In this document: positions 39,125 to 52,300 of the stretch, piece by piece
Position numbering within the stretch: position 1 is the first letter of the stretch
Layout of the letters: each line of letters opens with the position of its first letter
From: Chrysomallon squamiferum
Taxonomy: Eukaryota > Animalia > Mollusca
Direction of reading: 5' to 3'
Length of the DNA: 64,000 nt
NCBI GenBank assembly: GCA_012295275.1
Contig: CM022673.1
Span: 8,494,001-8,558,000 of the forward strand
Notes under the pieces: model-generated
Told to the model about the DNA's origin: nothing
Database searches by the model: none
What the model saw: only the letters and a program-made list of their open reading frames with translations
Made by a program: the position numbers and the translations under genes

Positions 39125-41253
39125 CGTTATAAATATGAAAATAATTTTGAAACGATCGATATTATCATTAACTATCTAAAAAAGTATTTATCTTAAAACA
39201 GTTGCAAATTATGTTATCCACCTAAATTGTTACATCTGAAAATATATTTTAAAAACATAGACTAAATATTTGTCAGCATTCTTTTGTATTTAGCGCATAA
39301 ATAAATAAATAAATAAATAAACTCAGGGAAGATGTTGGCTATAATAAAAGTGTTTCCATTTTTTTCTAGAAATAAAATTTAAAAGTTTTTAGGATTTCAA
39401 ATGTCACTAGTATTATTTAACATTTATTGCATATATGTATTAACTTAAATTTTATATTTTTTTTTTTAATTTTATTTTATTTCATTTCATTTTTATTTCA
39501 CTTTACATTTCTTTATTTCATTTTATTTCATTTTCTTTCATTTTTTCATTTTATTTTATTTATGAATTTATTTGAGATGAACTTTATGTATTATTAAATA
39601 GAGTTATTTCCCTTAGACCATAAACTTATGAAGTATGTCGGCGTTAATTGTACAAGTGTAAAATTGTTCTGAATTATATTTGTAACTTAATGGGACTGTT
39701 TTCAAAATGTTTAAATGCCATCTGCAGCTGTTTTACTAAATTTTTCAAGGTTTGTTATTTTCCTTTTTCTGTAGATATGAAAGTGATATAAAACTGTTAA
39801 TCTTTTCATCTTCTAACGAGAATTACTTTTCATTAGTACTTGTAATATTTCTATGCACACAAATAGTGAGATTTTGAGAGAATAATCTCAGTATTCTTTC
39901 AGTAAATTTAATTTAAGTGTACACAAATTTTTAGAAGATGAAAATATTTCTTAGGATCAGCAATTTAAATTCAGATTTTTCCGCTGCAGATATCAGCTTT
40001 GAGTTTTACTTTTTAAAGAATTTATTCTGCACATACTTTTTGTCAGAAATAGCTTATTTTTTTTTTTTTTTAAATCATTTATTTAAAGCAGAATTAAGTC
40101 GAAGCATGACATTCTCTACAGTAAAATATCTGGGTGTATAAAGCACAGTATAAAAAACAGGACTGACAAATTACAGTTTTTGCAATTTTAGCGGATATTT
40201 GTTCATCTGGTTCTGAACTGTAGCTATCATTTAATTTGGTCATACACTATATCATGATAGGTATAAAACTGTATAAAATATCGTTGCATTTTATAAGAAT
40301 CTATACAGTAATGTGTGTTCTTGGTAACGTTCCTGTATTAAAGAATTTGTCAAGGTAAGTCGTATATGTTACGTAATCAAGTTCCTGAAACAAGCATATA
40401 CAATAACAAACAATGTATTCTAAAAAAAAAAAAAAAAAAAAATTTATTAACCTGATTTTATGGACCAAAAATATATAAACATATAAACATATAAATAAAT
40501 AAATATACAATAATAACATAACAAATAATTTTTTATAACATAATTTCACTGAATAAATAAATAAATAAATAAATAATAATAATAATTTGAAAATTAAAAG
40601 TATCACAGACTGTATGGTCATGCCAACCTATCAGTTACATTTAAAGGAAATGTTGGCAAAATTAAGCAAGTCAATTTCTCGTTAATAAACATTTTCTCCG
40701 CTTCCTAAGTAGACATATATATATATATATATATATAGACCACGCTAGATGTATAAATCCCCCATATATTCTATGACAATAGAATCACACATACGGACAC
40801 ACGGGTATAGGAGAAACTGGAGACTTTTTTATTAACATTTGAAAACGGTTATAAAATCATTGCCTAACATATTTTTGCCTTTGCATATAATTTATTTTAT
40901 ATGAATATCATTTTTTGGTAGAAACATACAAATCGGAGCAATTTTAATTAAAAGATGTCACGTCACAGACTATATATTTTAAAATTGTCACATATGGAGC
41001 TTTCGTTTTCTGGCGCATGTATGTAAAACTTTCTTGCTCAGAAATAAACGCGCTTTTTTTCTCATGAAAAGCTGCCGACATGAGTAGGCTAATTATAATA
41101 ATCAAGTGTAATTCTTTTCTGCTTTCGCTAGAAAATATTTGAAATATAATTATTTGACTTTTCAGTATAAGAGTTCGTATCAGTGACGTACTTTAATATT
41201 TTTCTTTAGAGTTGTTTCCCTTTATAATCTTCAAAATTTTATACTGTTGTCAG

Positions 41254-41305
<52 letters not shown>

Positions 41306-41650
41306 TTAATAATTATTAAATAAATAAATAAATAAATTGGAAATAGCTGGAGATCTACATTTTCCATGTAACTGTTACATCAGATATTATTTTTTTAAAC
41401 GTAGAGCGAATATTTGTTAGCATTATTATGTTTTTATGGCGTTAGCAAACTTTTATGAGGAAAACAAAAGAAAGAAGTAAATAAATAAGTTTTGTTTATT
41501 ACTATGATTATTGTTTGTTGTCTTTATTTTTTATTATATTATTTTTTTTTTTTTTACTCTCTTCTTACTGTCTTATTCCAAATAGAGTTATTTCCCTTAG
41601 ACCGTGAATTTATCAAGTAGGCAGGGGAAATGGCATTAATCGACATTTCT
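38340..41650. repeat. Old intergenic tandem duplication, two colinear copies (~38340-39660 and ~40230-41650)
   Basis: Colinear shared blocks: aatttgtcaaggtaag..caagtt.ctgaaacaagcat.tacaataacaaacaatgta (38409/40344); ttgcct.acatatttttg (38738/40860); atgtcacgtcacaga (38816/40955); tgttacatc..aatatttgt.agcatt (39228/41373); aaatagagttatttcccttagacc (39596/41580). Confidence 0.85.
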
Positions 41651-42521
41651 GTATATAACATAACAAAAAGAAATTGGTTGTACAGAATTTTTTTTCACGC
41701 TAAAAAATACTTCATCTGTATTTAGTTTATTAATGTTCGTTTCAATACTTTTATTTCTAAATAACGTGTTTCCGTTGATGTTTTTCTACCAAAAAACTTG
41801 AATTGCAGAATAAATAAATAAGTTTCCCCATTTTTATAATTCTAAAATATACATGCATAAAATGTAATCGCTATTTTGTTACCGAAAAGGAACCAGCCAA
41901 TTTTCATGGCGCTGATTGAAATGTTTATGAACCGAAGCTAATTTGTTTACGGAAATATTTTTGAATATTTATACTACTGTTTTGAAACTAAATGAATTAA
42001 AGAGTGGTTAAAACAAGCCGTTGTGTTTTCCCCTGTTTATAAAATAGTGTATATATTATACACATCGTGTGAATATCCCTGTTTTGTCTACATTTTGCCA
42101 GGAAAACCAATTTAAAAATAAATAAATAAGATGTTATACACATATATAAAACAAATTTACATGAAAAAGCGTGTTCAGACTAAACTGGCAATCAAAATTT
42201 ATTAATGAATCATGTCAAAATTATATACACGGGATAAAAAAATATTTAGTTTTTTGATGTAAAAACACACACACACACAAAAGGGTGCATAAATGCAACC
42301 ACCTTGTGAAGGTTAAATCCCCATCTCAGTATCTAATACTGGAACTCGAAGTCTACACAAACGATACCTTGCTGCTAAAAGCCACCGCCAGAATGATAAC
42401 AGAGTTATCGTCCTTCATCTCTGCATTAAATTGTTATAAGCCAACAATATATGGATTTATGTATTGCTTCATTATACTGTACATTATAGATTTCTACAAT
42501 TAAGGTTTCTTTCTTTCCTTT

Positions 42522-42522
<1 letters not shown>

Positions 42523-42567
<45 letters not shown>

Positions 42568-42612
42568 CTTTTTTTTTTTTTGTTTTTTTTTTTTTTTTTT
42601 TTTGTTTTTTTT
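42523..42612. repeat. ~90-nt interrupted poly(T) tract
   Basis: Seen directly in the sequence. Confidence 0.9.
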
Positions 42613-43193
42613 CGAAATGAAGTAATGGATATCATGTGACTTCCACTGCTGCCATTTCTTTGTAGAATATTGGTAATAAAAATGAAAAAGCTACGCCGAG
42701 ATCCTTAGCCAAGGGAGATGCGCCCAAGACTGGTAGCAGTTCCTCCAAAGGGTAAAATTTATCATTCGGTGTTCAAAATAATTATGTTCTTGTCCTTAGC
42801 TCACGTGTAGCTATTTATATGATACAGGACAGAATATTAAATTTAACTAATTAAACTTTAAATCTTGAAACTTATTCAGAATCGTTGTTTCGTTACTGTT
42901 TAGATTAAATCATAAACGATAAAATGTTTAGCGAAAACATTTCACAGATTTGATGTCTACCAGTGTTGTAAGTAAGGCATAACTAACAAACTGACTTCAG
43001 TTTTCCTCGAGATATATAATTAAATGCGATGTCGCTAAATATTAAATTTATGTCATCAATTCTTTTGGTTCTTTCTTTTTTTCTTTCTTTTCTTTTCTTA
43101 TTATTATTATTATTATTATTTTTTTTTTTTTTTTTTTTTTGGTTTGTTTGTTTATTTGTTTTTGGTTGTTTGACTGGTTCGTTTTTTGTTTGT

Positions 43194-43228
<35 letters not shown>

Positions 43229-43575
43229 CTGTTTTAATAAAAATAAAAGCAAAACAATATTTTTGTTTGCCAACGTGCAAAACCAATGAAGCTCTTTACT
43301 AAAAATCTGAATAACTGCTGAGTACTTACTATTATTATTAAAAAAAAATTCTATCCGGTTTTATTGTCAGCTCGAGTCGAGGCGTCTACTGATGCACTGT
43401 TGTCGTTTTTCCTACATTTCTCTTTAACACGAACATGCGCACACACGCACACACATGCGCTTGATACTGAAGCAATCGGTTGTAATTCTACGAACATAAA
43501 CGAAGTAACCCGAATATAATCATTTTGGCGAATAACGAAAAGAACCGAGAAACTCCGAATGTATATGTAGATGTA

Positions 43576-43685
43576 TCACGTGAACAAAATATGGCGATCA
43601 CAGCTTCCGTATGATCTGAGATTTGACTTCATCTGTCTATCTTAATCATACATTTGATTACGCACTGTTAAAAGGATTTTAACAG
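43576..43685 (+). promoter_or_regulatory. ATP6V1C core promoter / non-coding first exon with CLEAR E-box, YY1-like and ETS-like motifs
   Basis: TCACGTGA at 43576-43583, AATATGGCG at 43588-43596 and CTTCCG at 43604-43609 lie in a locally CpG-enriched stretch. They are followed by donor CAG|gtagga at 43685; the matching acceptor at 44486 lies 10 nt before the ATG. Confidence 0.65.
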
Positions 43686-44496
43686 GTAGGAAATAAATGA
43701 AATAAAATTTTCCACAGCATACTTTGACATATCTAAATACCATATTATTTTTAGTTGTCACCGAATGATCCACAACACTTGTTCTCCGGTTTAATTTAAC
43801 ATGAGTGCAGAAATATTAAAACATGAATACACAGTATTTTGTAATTAATGTAAATTATTACAAAAATTGATTTACTTTATTTTATTGCTTGCTGTTCAAA
43901 CTTCATAATTAACTAATAAAGAACCAAATAATAATGAGTAAACATTCATTTAAGAAAAGAAAAATAATTAAACGAATAAATACAACGATCACGAGATCAT
44001 GTATTAACTATTATAATTTACATGGATAAAATATTAATTTAACATAATTATAGATATAACATTTACCTAATAACTAAGATACTTTGACCTCTGTTGATAA
44101 TTGGGGGGATTCTAATTTTATGTAATGAAACTGTCAAGACAATAATTACAGTTTCTTTTTATATTTCGTGTAATTTCATGCTTTCTTTCTTTTTATTTTA
44201 TTTTATTTTATTTTATTTTATTTTATTTTATTTTTTATTTTCCTGCTTGAATTATTTTATTTTCATAGACTTCAACTTCTGAACTTTATTTTTATTGTTT
44301 TATAAAAAAACAAAAAAAACAACAACAACAATTAAGCACTTAATATCCCAAGGTAACCTTGTTGTTTGACTTTTCTTTTCATATGTATATAGATAGAAAG
44401 AAAATTAAAAAAATAATCATAATAGTAAATAATATCCTGCAAATTTTAAAATAATATGACACAATCCTGATCATTTCTGCTTTCAGAATTTCAAAC

Positions 44497-45217
44497 ATGT
44501 CAACTGAATTTTGGCTGATCTCAGCTCCAGGTGACAAAACTGTGCAGCAGACATGGGATCGTCTCAACATAGCAACATCAACACCTGAGAAACTCTGCGT
44601 TGCCTCCAAGTTCCCCATTCCAGATCTCAAGGTTATTTGTTCCCTGTGTCAATAACAAAAATGTAGAGAGAGACCTCAGAAGATGATAGTTAAAAAATAA
44701 AAAAGATTTCTAAAGTAAAATAAATAACTGTTTTATTTATTTATTTATTTACGATACATTTATACTATCAGTATTTCAGATTTTCACATTACATTTGCAT
44801 TTAATATATCTCACAGTAACAAATAAACATCACAAGGATTAGAATGCTGATTTTTGGTCCAAAGACAACCATGTTATAAAATCTAGTCAATGTATCTACT
44901 GAACTACATCAATAATTAAAGACTGGTTTTCAAACATTATATTATATATTTGTTCTTGCAAAAATTCTGAAAACAGAGCTCATGTTGTTGATCAGCATAC
45001 ATCTACAGTTATTAAGCATTAATATTAAAATGTCTTAAGGTGTGTTTAAAATAAAAATACCGTTTATTTGTTCAATAAAAAAAACAAAAATGCTTACTAT
45101 ACTCTATCTTTATTTAGGATTATTTAATTAAGTTTCAAAAGTATAATGGATTATGACCAAAATGACTTTAGTGGGAATTGATTTTATTTTATATATATAT
45201 ATATTTTTTTTAATGTT

Positions 45218-45276
<59 letters not shown>

Positions 45277-48200
45277 TAATTGTTAATTATAGGTTGGAAC
45301 TCTAGATATTCTTGTTGGTCTCTCAGATGAACTTGGAAAACTAGATATTTATTGTGAAAGGTTTGTCTCAGATTCTCTGAAAGTTAAAATAGCTTAGTAT
45401 TTGTAGCTGACCAAGTTTAATAGCAGAACAATCTCTAATGACAAGTTTATTCTCCATTCCAACCATTTCTCCATGAAAGACAATAAGTACATGTTTTAAT
45501 ATTTTGGAGAATTTAAAAAAAAAAAAAATTATATAATTATTCTTATCTGTAATAACTTTTAAACATAATTAGTGAGTCCTTTAAACTGCTGATTTTTAAA
45601 ACATTGTTAAAAAATAATTTTTAATTTTTTTAATTTATAAATATTTTATTGTTGATTGTTTTGTTCTTTTGTTGTTTATGTTTTTTATCCATTATGTTCA
45701 TTGTATGTCTTGACATACTTATTTATAAAATTTAGTTATCAAGTACAAATAAAAGAACTAAAAGGAAGTATGTGTAAGTTTTAAGCTGTATGTTTATATC
45801 ATTCCAGAAACACTCTGAAATCATTGTTATTATTGTTAATGGTTTATTCAAACTTACCTTTATGACTGTTTTATTATATTGAGTATTAGATATATTTTTT
45901 TAATAAATGTTTCTGTATTTCAGTGTCACTAGAAAGATTGCCCAGTATCTGGGAGATGTTCTTGAAGATGTCAGAGACAAACTGCAAGAAAATCTCAAAG
46001 TAAATGAAGGTAAATAAAAACGTTGTAGTTTTACTACATGCTTCTTAATTTTTCACCCTAATACATCTTCTTTGTTAGAACGTTTTAACGTGACACAGAA
46101 ACAGATGACAGCATACAACAATAAAGCTCTATTACAAAGATAATAATCTAATTTGATTATTATACTCTGTAACTGTCATAAGAAATTATCATAGTGAATT
46201 TCTCAAAGCAGACATATAAATTTAATAAATATATTTCTGAAACAGCACATAAATGACTAAATAAATACTGAACGGAAACATTGTGGTTACAGTTTATGTC
46301 CAATTAAGAGACACCTTTCAATTCTGAGCAAGCAAGTTTATTTAAAAAGAATCAAAATTACTTTATAAAATTAAAAATATAACATAATTTTAATTTTAAA
46401 AAGTGATATTTTAGGGTTTAAATTTCGTCTATCTGTTGCTGTTCTGTATGTAAATCTTTCTAGTACAAAAAGACATAGGTCTGATTTTAATTAATGTTTG
46501 TTAATATTTTTAATTTCAGCACCACCTGTTGCATATGTGCAGAGATTCCAGTGGGATCTTGCCAAGTATCCTATCAAACAGTCACTTAAGGTCATTGCTG
46601 ACATCATTCATAAGGTAAAACCAAAATATGTGTGAAATGTATTTTTTGTTTTTAACAATGTTAGATTTTAAAAACTTTCCTTTTTAATGATTTGAAATTA
46701 TTTAATCCTTCTTTTTCTTGTTTTCTTGTTAAATAATTAATCTACTTTATTTTTATTTACATTATCAATTTGCCATCATAAGGATTTATTGAAAAAGACG
46801 AATCGTTGAATATTTTAAGTCTTGAAATTAGGTATACTTTTGTTTCATTTCAGCAAGTAAACCAGATTGAATCGGATTTAAAAACCAAATCAAGTGCATA
46901 CAATAATCTTAAAGGAAATCTGCAAAATTTAGAAAGAAAAGCCACGTATGTAGATCCCATATTATTCTTCAAACATTACAACCAATTTTTATTATTATTA
47001 GATCCACCAATACTACATTGTAATGGACAGAAGTTTAGCCCAGATATTTCATACATTCTGTGTCACTTGTTCCGATTTACATGGCAAATGACAGAGGCTG
47101 TAGAATGATGATATATAAGACTTACATTGCAGTTGTTATGAAGTCTTAATAAATGATTTAGGCACATAAATAAATGTTGTGTTCAGAAATTCATTTTTAG
47201 AAATTAGATAAGAAAATCCATCACATTTCGATTAAATTTACTTTATAATGTAAAGCTACCCTCATCACAAATAAATAATAGGTGAACCAGACAAATTATT
47301 TTGCATTCTATGATTAAGGAAATTTCTGATGATGAACTTGTTATTTTTATTTATTTTATTTTTTTTTTTTTTTTTCAGTGGCAGTCTGCTAACTAGAAAT
47401 CTTGGTGACATAGTCAAGAAAGAAGATTTTGTTTTGGATTCTGAATACCTAACCACTCTCATTATAGCCATTCCAAAGTAAGAGTATTTCTCTCTTTTGT
47501 TTACATTTATTCAGTGTCATTTTATAAAAATTAAACATTTTTTTTTGTTTCTTTGTTAAAGTATTATGTCAATCAGTTTATTTTTATAAAATTTTCATTT
47601 TGTTTACTGCAAAAAATTAATATTTTAATATTTTATTTCTCAGACCTGTTATCAATGATTGGCAAGCCAAGTATGAAAAACTGACAGATATGGTTGTACC
47701 ACGTTCATCTAAGTAAGTATTAAAGTTTAGAAATTGTTCTGCAAACAGATACTCTACAAATTTTCTAGAGATCATTTTAATTGTAACTGGGGCCCAAATT
47801 TTCATGAAATATGATAATAAAACAACAGTCGGGGTAGAATCCATTTATTTTTTTCTTTGTTATTTGTGAATAATGGTTGTCACAGAAAGACAATAATCCA
47901 AAATATTAAGGATAACAGCACGTTTTAAGATAATATTAAGGGTTTCCCCATGTAATAAAAAGTGTTGACAAAAGTTATTAAATAAAAAAAATTGTTTATA
48001 ATTTTTAAATCTAAGTGGTTGTGAATGATACGTCTTTAAAATAAAGATAAATTATTAAAAAAGAGAAACTGTCCATATTTTAAGCTGGTCAGTTTATCTT
48101 GTCCACAGCAATGACATCATTTTTTTAACTGACCAGTAGTTACAATTTTAATTGATATTTTGTGAGTACCAGCTAATTCATAGTATTCGAACGAAGTGTA

Positions 48201-49347
48201 TTGTGGTGACCCATCTAATCATATGACTTAACATTTCAGGCTGGTGAAGGAAGATAACGAATATGCTTTGGTTACTGTTACTCTCTTCAGAAAAGTTGTG
48301 GATGAGTTCAAACATCACTGCAGAGAGAACAAGTATGCCTCTTCCTAATTTATGATCAACTTGTAATAAACGTGATAAAAACTAAGACTGCAATGAAATA
48401 GTAACACTTTCGCACAGACACACGCATATACACATACATGAATTATAGGCAACAGAGATACTTAACAGCATCAACATTTATAGACCCTAGGATTGTATCT
48501 TCTGTCTAACATTACCAATACAATGAAAACTGATTTGGATACAGATCAGACTCTTTTAGTCTGTGTGACTTCGAATGTTAAGGGGTTGATAGCATTTTTG
48601 AGATGGTTAATTTGAGGAGATAACTCAAAGAGATCATGTTTCGGTTCTGCAGGTTTATCGTTCGAGATTTCCAGTACAGTGAGGAGGAGATAATGGCAGG
48701 ACATACAGAAATCAGTAAACTAGAGGCAGACAAGAAAAAACAATTTGTAAGAGAATGTTTCTTTATTGTTACACACGTGTACCCAGTAATTAATTTGTTT
48801 TGTTATTTCTACTTACATGTATGTACATCTAGTAATTAAGTTTTTATATAGTACTTATATATATGTACACCTAGTAATTCATATTTTTTTATGTTTTTTA
48901 CATACATATACATCTAGTAATTAAATGTTTATTATTTGTTTTACTTACATCAATAATTTTTGCCAAATTAAATAATTTCTGGTTGCAAAAGTTTATTTAT
49001 TTATTATTTTTTTCCTTTCTTTCATTCTTTTTTTAACAACTTTCTTCCAATTTTCATTTTATGAATGTATCGCAAGTCATTTTTTTACTTTAAACAAAAT
49101 TTTTAGTTTATTTAAAAAGAAAGAAATAAAGGATAAATGGTTTGAAAATTGATATTTTTGAATATAAAATATTTAATTTTTTTTAATTTTACTTTACGTA
49201 ATATATTCAATAATAAATAATTTATGTTTTCAGGGTCCTCTTGTGAAATGGTTAAAAGTGAACTTCGGGGAATGTTTTGCTGCCTGGATTCATGTCAAGG
49301 CTTTGAGAGTCTTTGTAGAATCAGTTCTAAGGTGACAGACAGTACAC

Positions 49348-49398
<51 letters not shown>

Positions 49399-52300
49399 TA
49401 ATGTCTTATTTTCTCAGTTGGTCACAATCTCTTTGTTTTTATACCAGTTTCCTCCTCCTCCTTTTTTTTTTTCTAGCAGTAGTAAAATGTAAAAATCAAA
49501 AAGAATAGTAGCATAGAAATACAAGAGTTATTTCCAACACACTTTAAAATATCCTATTATTAATGGAACTTTGTTAGAACCATTTCAAATTACTGTTGGT
49601 TTTATGATCTTTTTCATTATATCATTATTTTTGATAAGAATCAATCTTTATTTCAAATAAAAAAACAAAACATGTAAACTAACTATTTCTCAACATTTTT
49701 CATATTAAAATATCAATATTATGATTCTGATGAGTGAGCCCATAATCCCTGGCATATTCTCAACAAATAATGACAAGGAAACTTTTACTTATATTTCCTG
49801 AAAAGTTCCTGACAAAATACAAATTTTGCTAAACTAAAGGAAACATCTGTTGGTAAATATCTGTTATTAAATTTTACCTGTTACTTAATTTCAGGTATGG
49901 ATTACCTGTAAACTTTCAAGCAATGCTCTTACAGCCAATGAAACGATCAACAAAACGCCTGCGAGAGGTTCTTAGTCAGCTTTACAATCACCTTGACAAC
50001 ACTGCCCTTTCTGGGGCCACTGACGTAAGTTGTTCTTGCTCTAAAAGGGTTCTATTTACAACATTACAGAGTATTAAAATAATTTAGATTTATCTGGCTA
50101 ATACTGCATTTGAAATAAAATATGTCATTTTATAAATAACTTTTGTTAATATGTGTACAGAATCTTCAAAGTTATAAAAAAAAAATTAAAATGAATTTGC
50201 TATAGTAATACAATTTTGTTTCTGTTGTTTCTTTTCTTTTCTTTCTTTCTCTTTTTTGTCTCCTTTTCTCTTACCTTCTTCCATCTCTCTTTGCTATGTG
50301 TTTCTAATTCAAAGTTTAATATTCTCAAAGAAACATAATCGTACTTGTTCTAGATGCAAGTTCACTTATTGCTTGGCCTGGATAACAAAGTAGTGACTCA
50401 CATCATTACATGTTCTTATTAATTTTGTTATATTATTTATTCTAAAAGCAAGTAGGTTGAAAATTACAAATAAATGTATGTGTGTTGTATTTCCTTATTC
50501 TTTAAATAATAAAAGCATTCCATTTTAACCATGCAGTGAAGAATCACATGTTTTTATAAATCTTAGTAGCACAGAGTTGAATCAAGTGATAAAGACCAGT
50601 TTTTATAAACACATTTAATTATGACATTCAAATATATATTTTCATTTGGTTCTGATGAATTATAGTCAGCTTTTTTTTTGTTTCAAGTCAGTCATATTTA
50701 TATCTATTTTTAGAAATTATTATCCATTATTAAATATTTTAAGTAATATACAGATTTATGAAGTATTACATTATACTTGAGAAGCGATCAAAAACAAAAA
50801 TTCTGAATCTTTAAAGATTTTATGGATGTATTTTTGAAAATGTTTAATGCTATAAAATGATGTTAGTTAAAAAACACATTTTCTAGGATATTATTTATTA
50901 ATATTATCGGGTTAACAAAAAGTTTTTATAAATTATTTTATTTTTATATTTCCTTTCTATTCAGATGAGCCAATTTGTGAGTTTTTCTTGAACACATTTC
51001 ATTTGAAAGTTTTGTTCAGTTATTAATGATGTTATTTCGATTAAGAAACATTTTGATTTCATGCATTCTTCAACAAATGTGTTTCTGCACAGTTTTTAAA
51101 ATTCCACTAAATGATTTTTATAAATGTTTTTAATATCTAGTTTTGTTGAATTAATACTAACAAAATTATCTAATACTATAGATTTTATGTTCCACAAAGA
51201 CAAAGATCCAAATCCTGAACAAAATGATGATAGTAATAAGAAAATATTAATAACTACTACTACTACTACTACTACTAATAATAATAATAATAATAAAGAA
51301 AAAAAGGTGAAAACTGAGAGAAAGAAAGTAGAAAAAAACAAGTCAAAAGTTCCATGATTGTGTTAAGAGTTACTAACTATGCATCACTTTCAAGTGTTTC
51401 CTAAGATTATTACTATTACTCTTGGTAACTTGGTATAAAAAACATATTTTAAAACAATTTAAAAAATATAAAAAATGTGAACATATATGAAATATAAATG
51501 TTTACTTATTATTAATTATTACTTCTAATATATTTATAGACATTATGTTTTTATATAGCTTTCAAGCACATAGAATGAAATAATACATGATTTTAGAATG
51601 AAATAATACATGCTAATGGTAGTATATTTGAAGTTATTTAATTCAGAATTATTTGCATGTTTATGTTTTAAACAGCACAAGATCTTGGTTCAATGACAGT
51701 GTGAAATTAAATATTATTTTATTTTTATTTATATGTCATAGCTTAACATTTTTTTTTTTTTTTTTTGCCCCCCCCATTTGAAAATATATAATAATGAGTA
51801 TATAAGTATTAAATCTAGCATGTTATCTTTTATTAAAAATATCCTTTCTGATTTCTAATCAGCATGAATTCTTCATGTTTCTGGAACAACTGCAGGAATT
51901 AGAGTTTTAAAATTGGCATGCACATTGTTAACATTACTTACATTGTTATCAAATTGTCATTGTTTTGACACACTTTTGAAATAAATATTTCCATTTTCTT
52001 CAAATGTAAATATCTGAAATGTTCAAATAATTATTTTTAATTTTGATGGGTGTTATTAGTTATTTTTAGTGAAGAGAATGTCTACAGTTCATATCCCATT
52101 TTCCTGTTACATTCATGCATACAGATCATCTATAAAAATCAAATTGAAAATGCATCTAAAAATGTTAATAATTCATAAACTTTCATTTTATCACTTGTAT
52201 AACATACATTGAGTAGGTGAGTGTGTTTTTTAATCTGTTTGGATTCATAAAATTTAGAAGTGCTTCTGCTTTTCAGTGCTCTTGATTTTAGTTATATATA

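Noticed and set aside
47105-47329. ATGATGA...CTGA in an ATP6V1C intron as a box C/D snoRNA
   Set aside because: The boxes are ~220 nt apart, with no terminal stem and no rRNA/snRNA antisense element that I could recognise.
49727-49782. CTGATGAG...GAAAC considered as a hammerhead ribozyme core
   Set aside because: No stem II between the motifs and no stem I/III pairing around a cleavage triplet.
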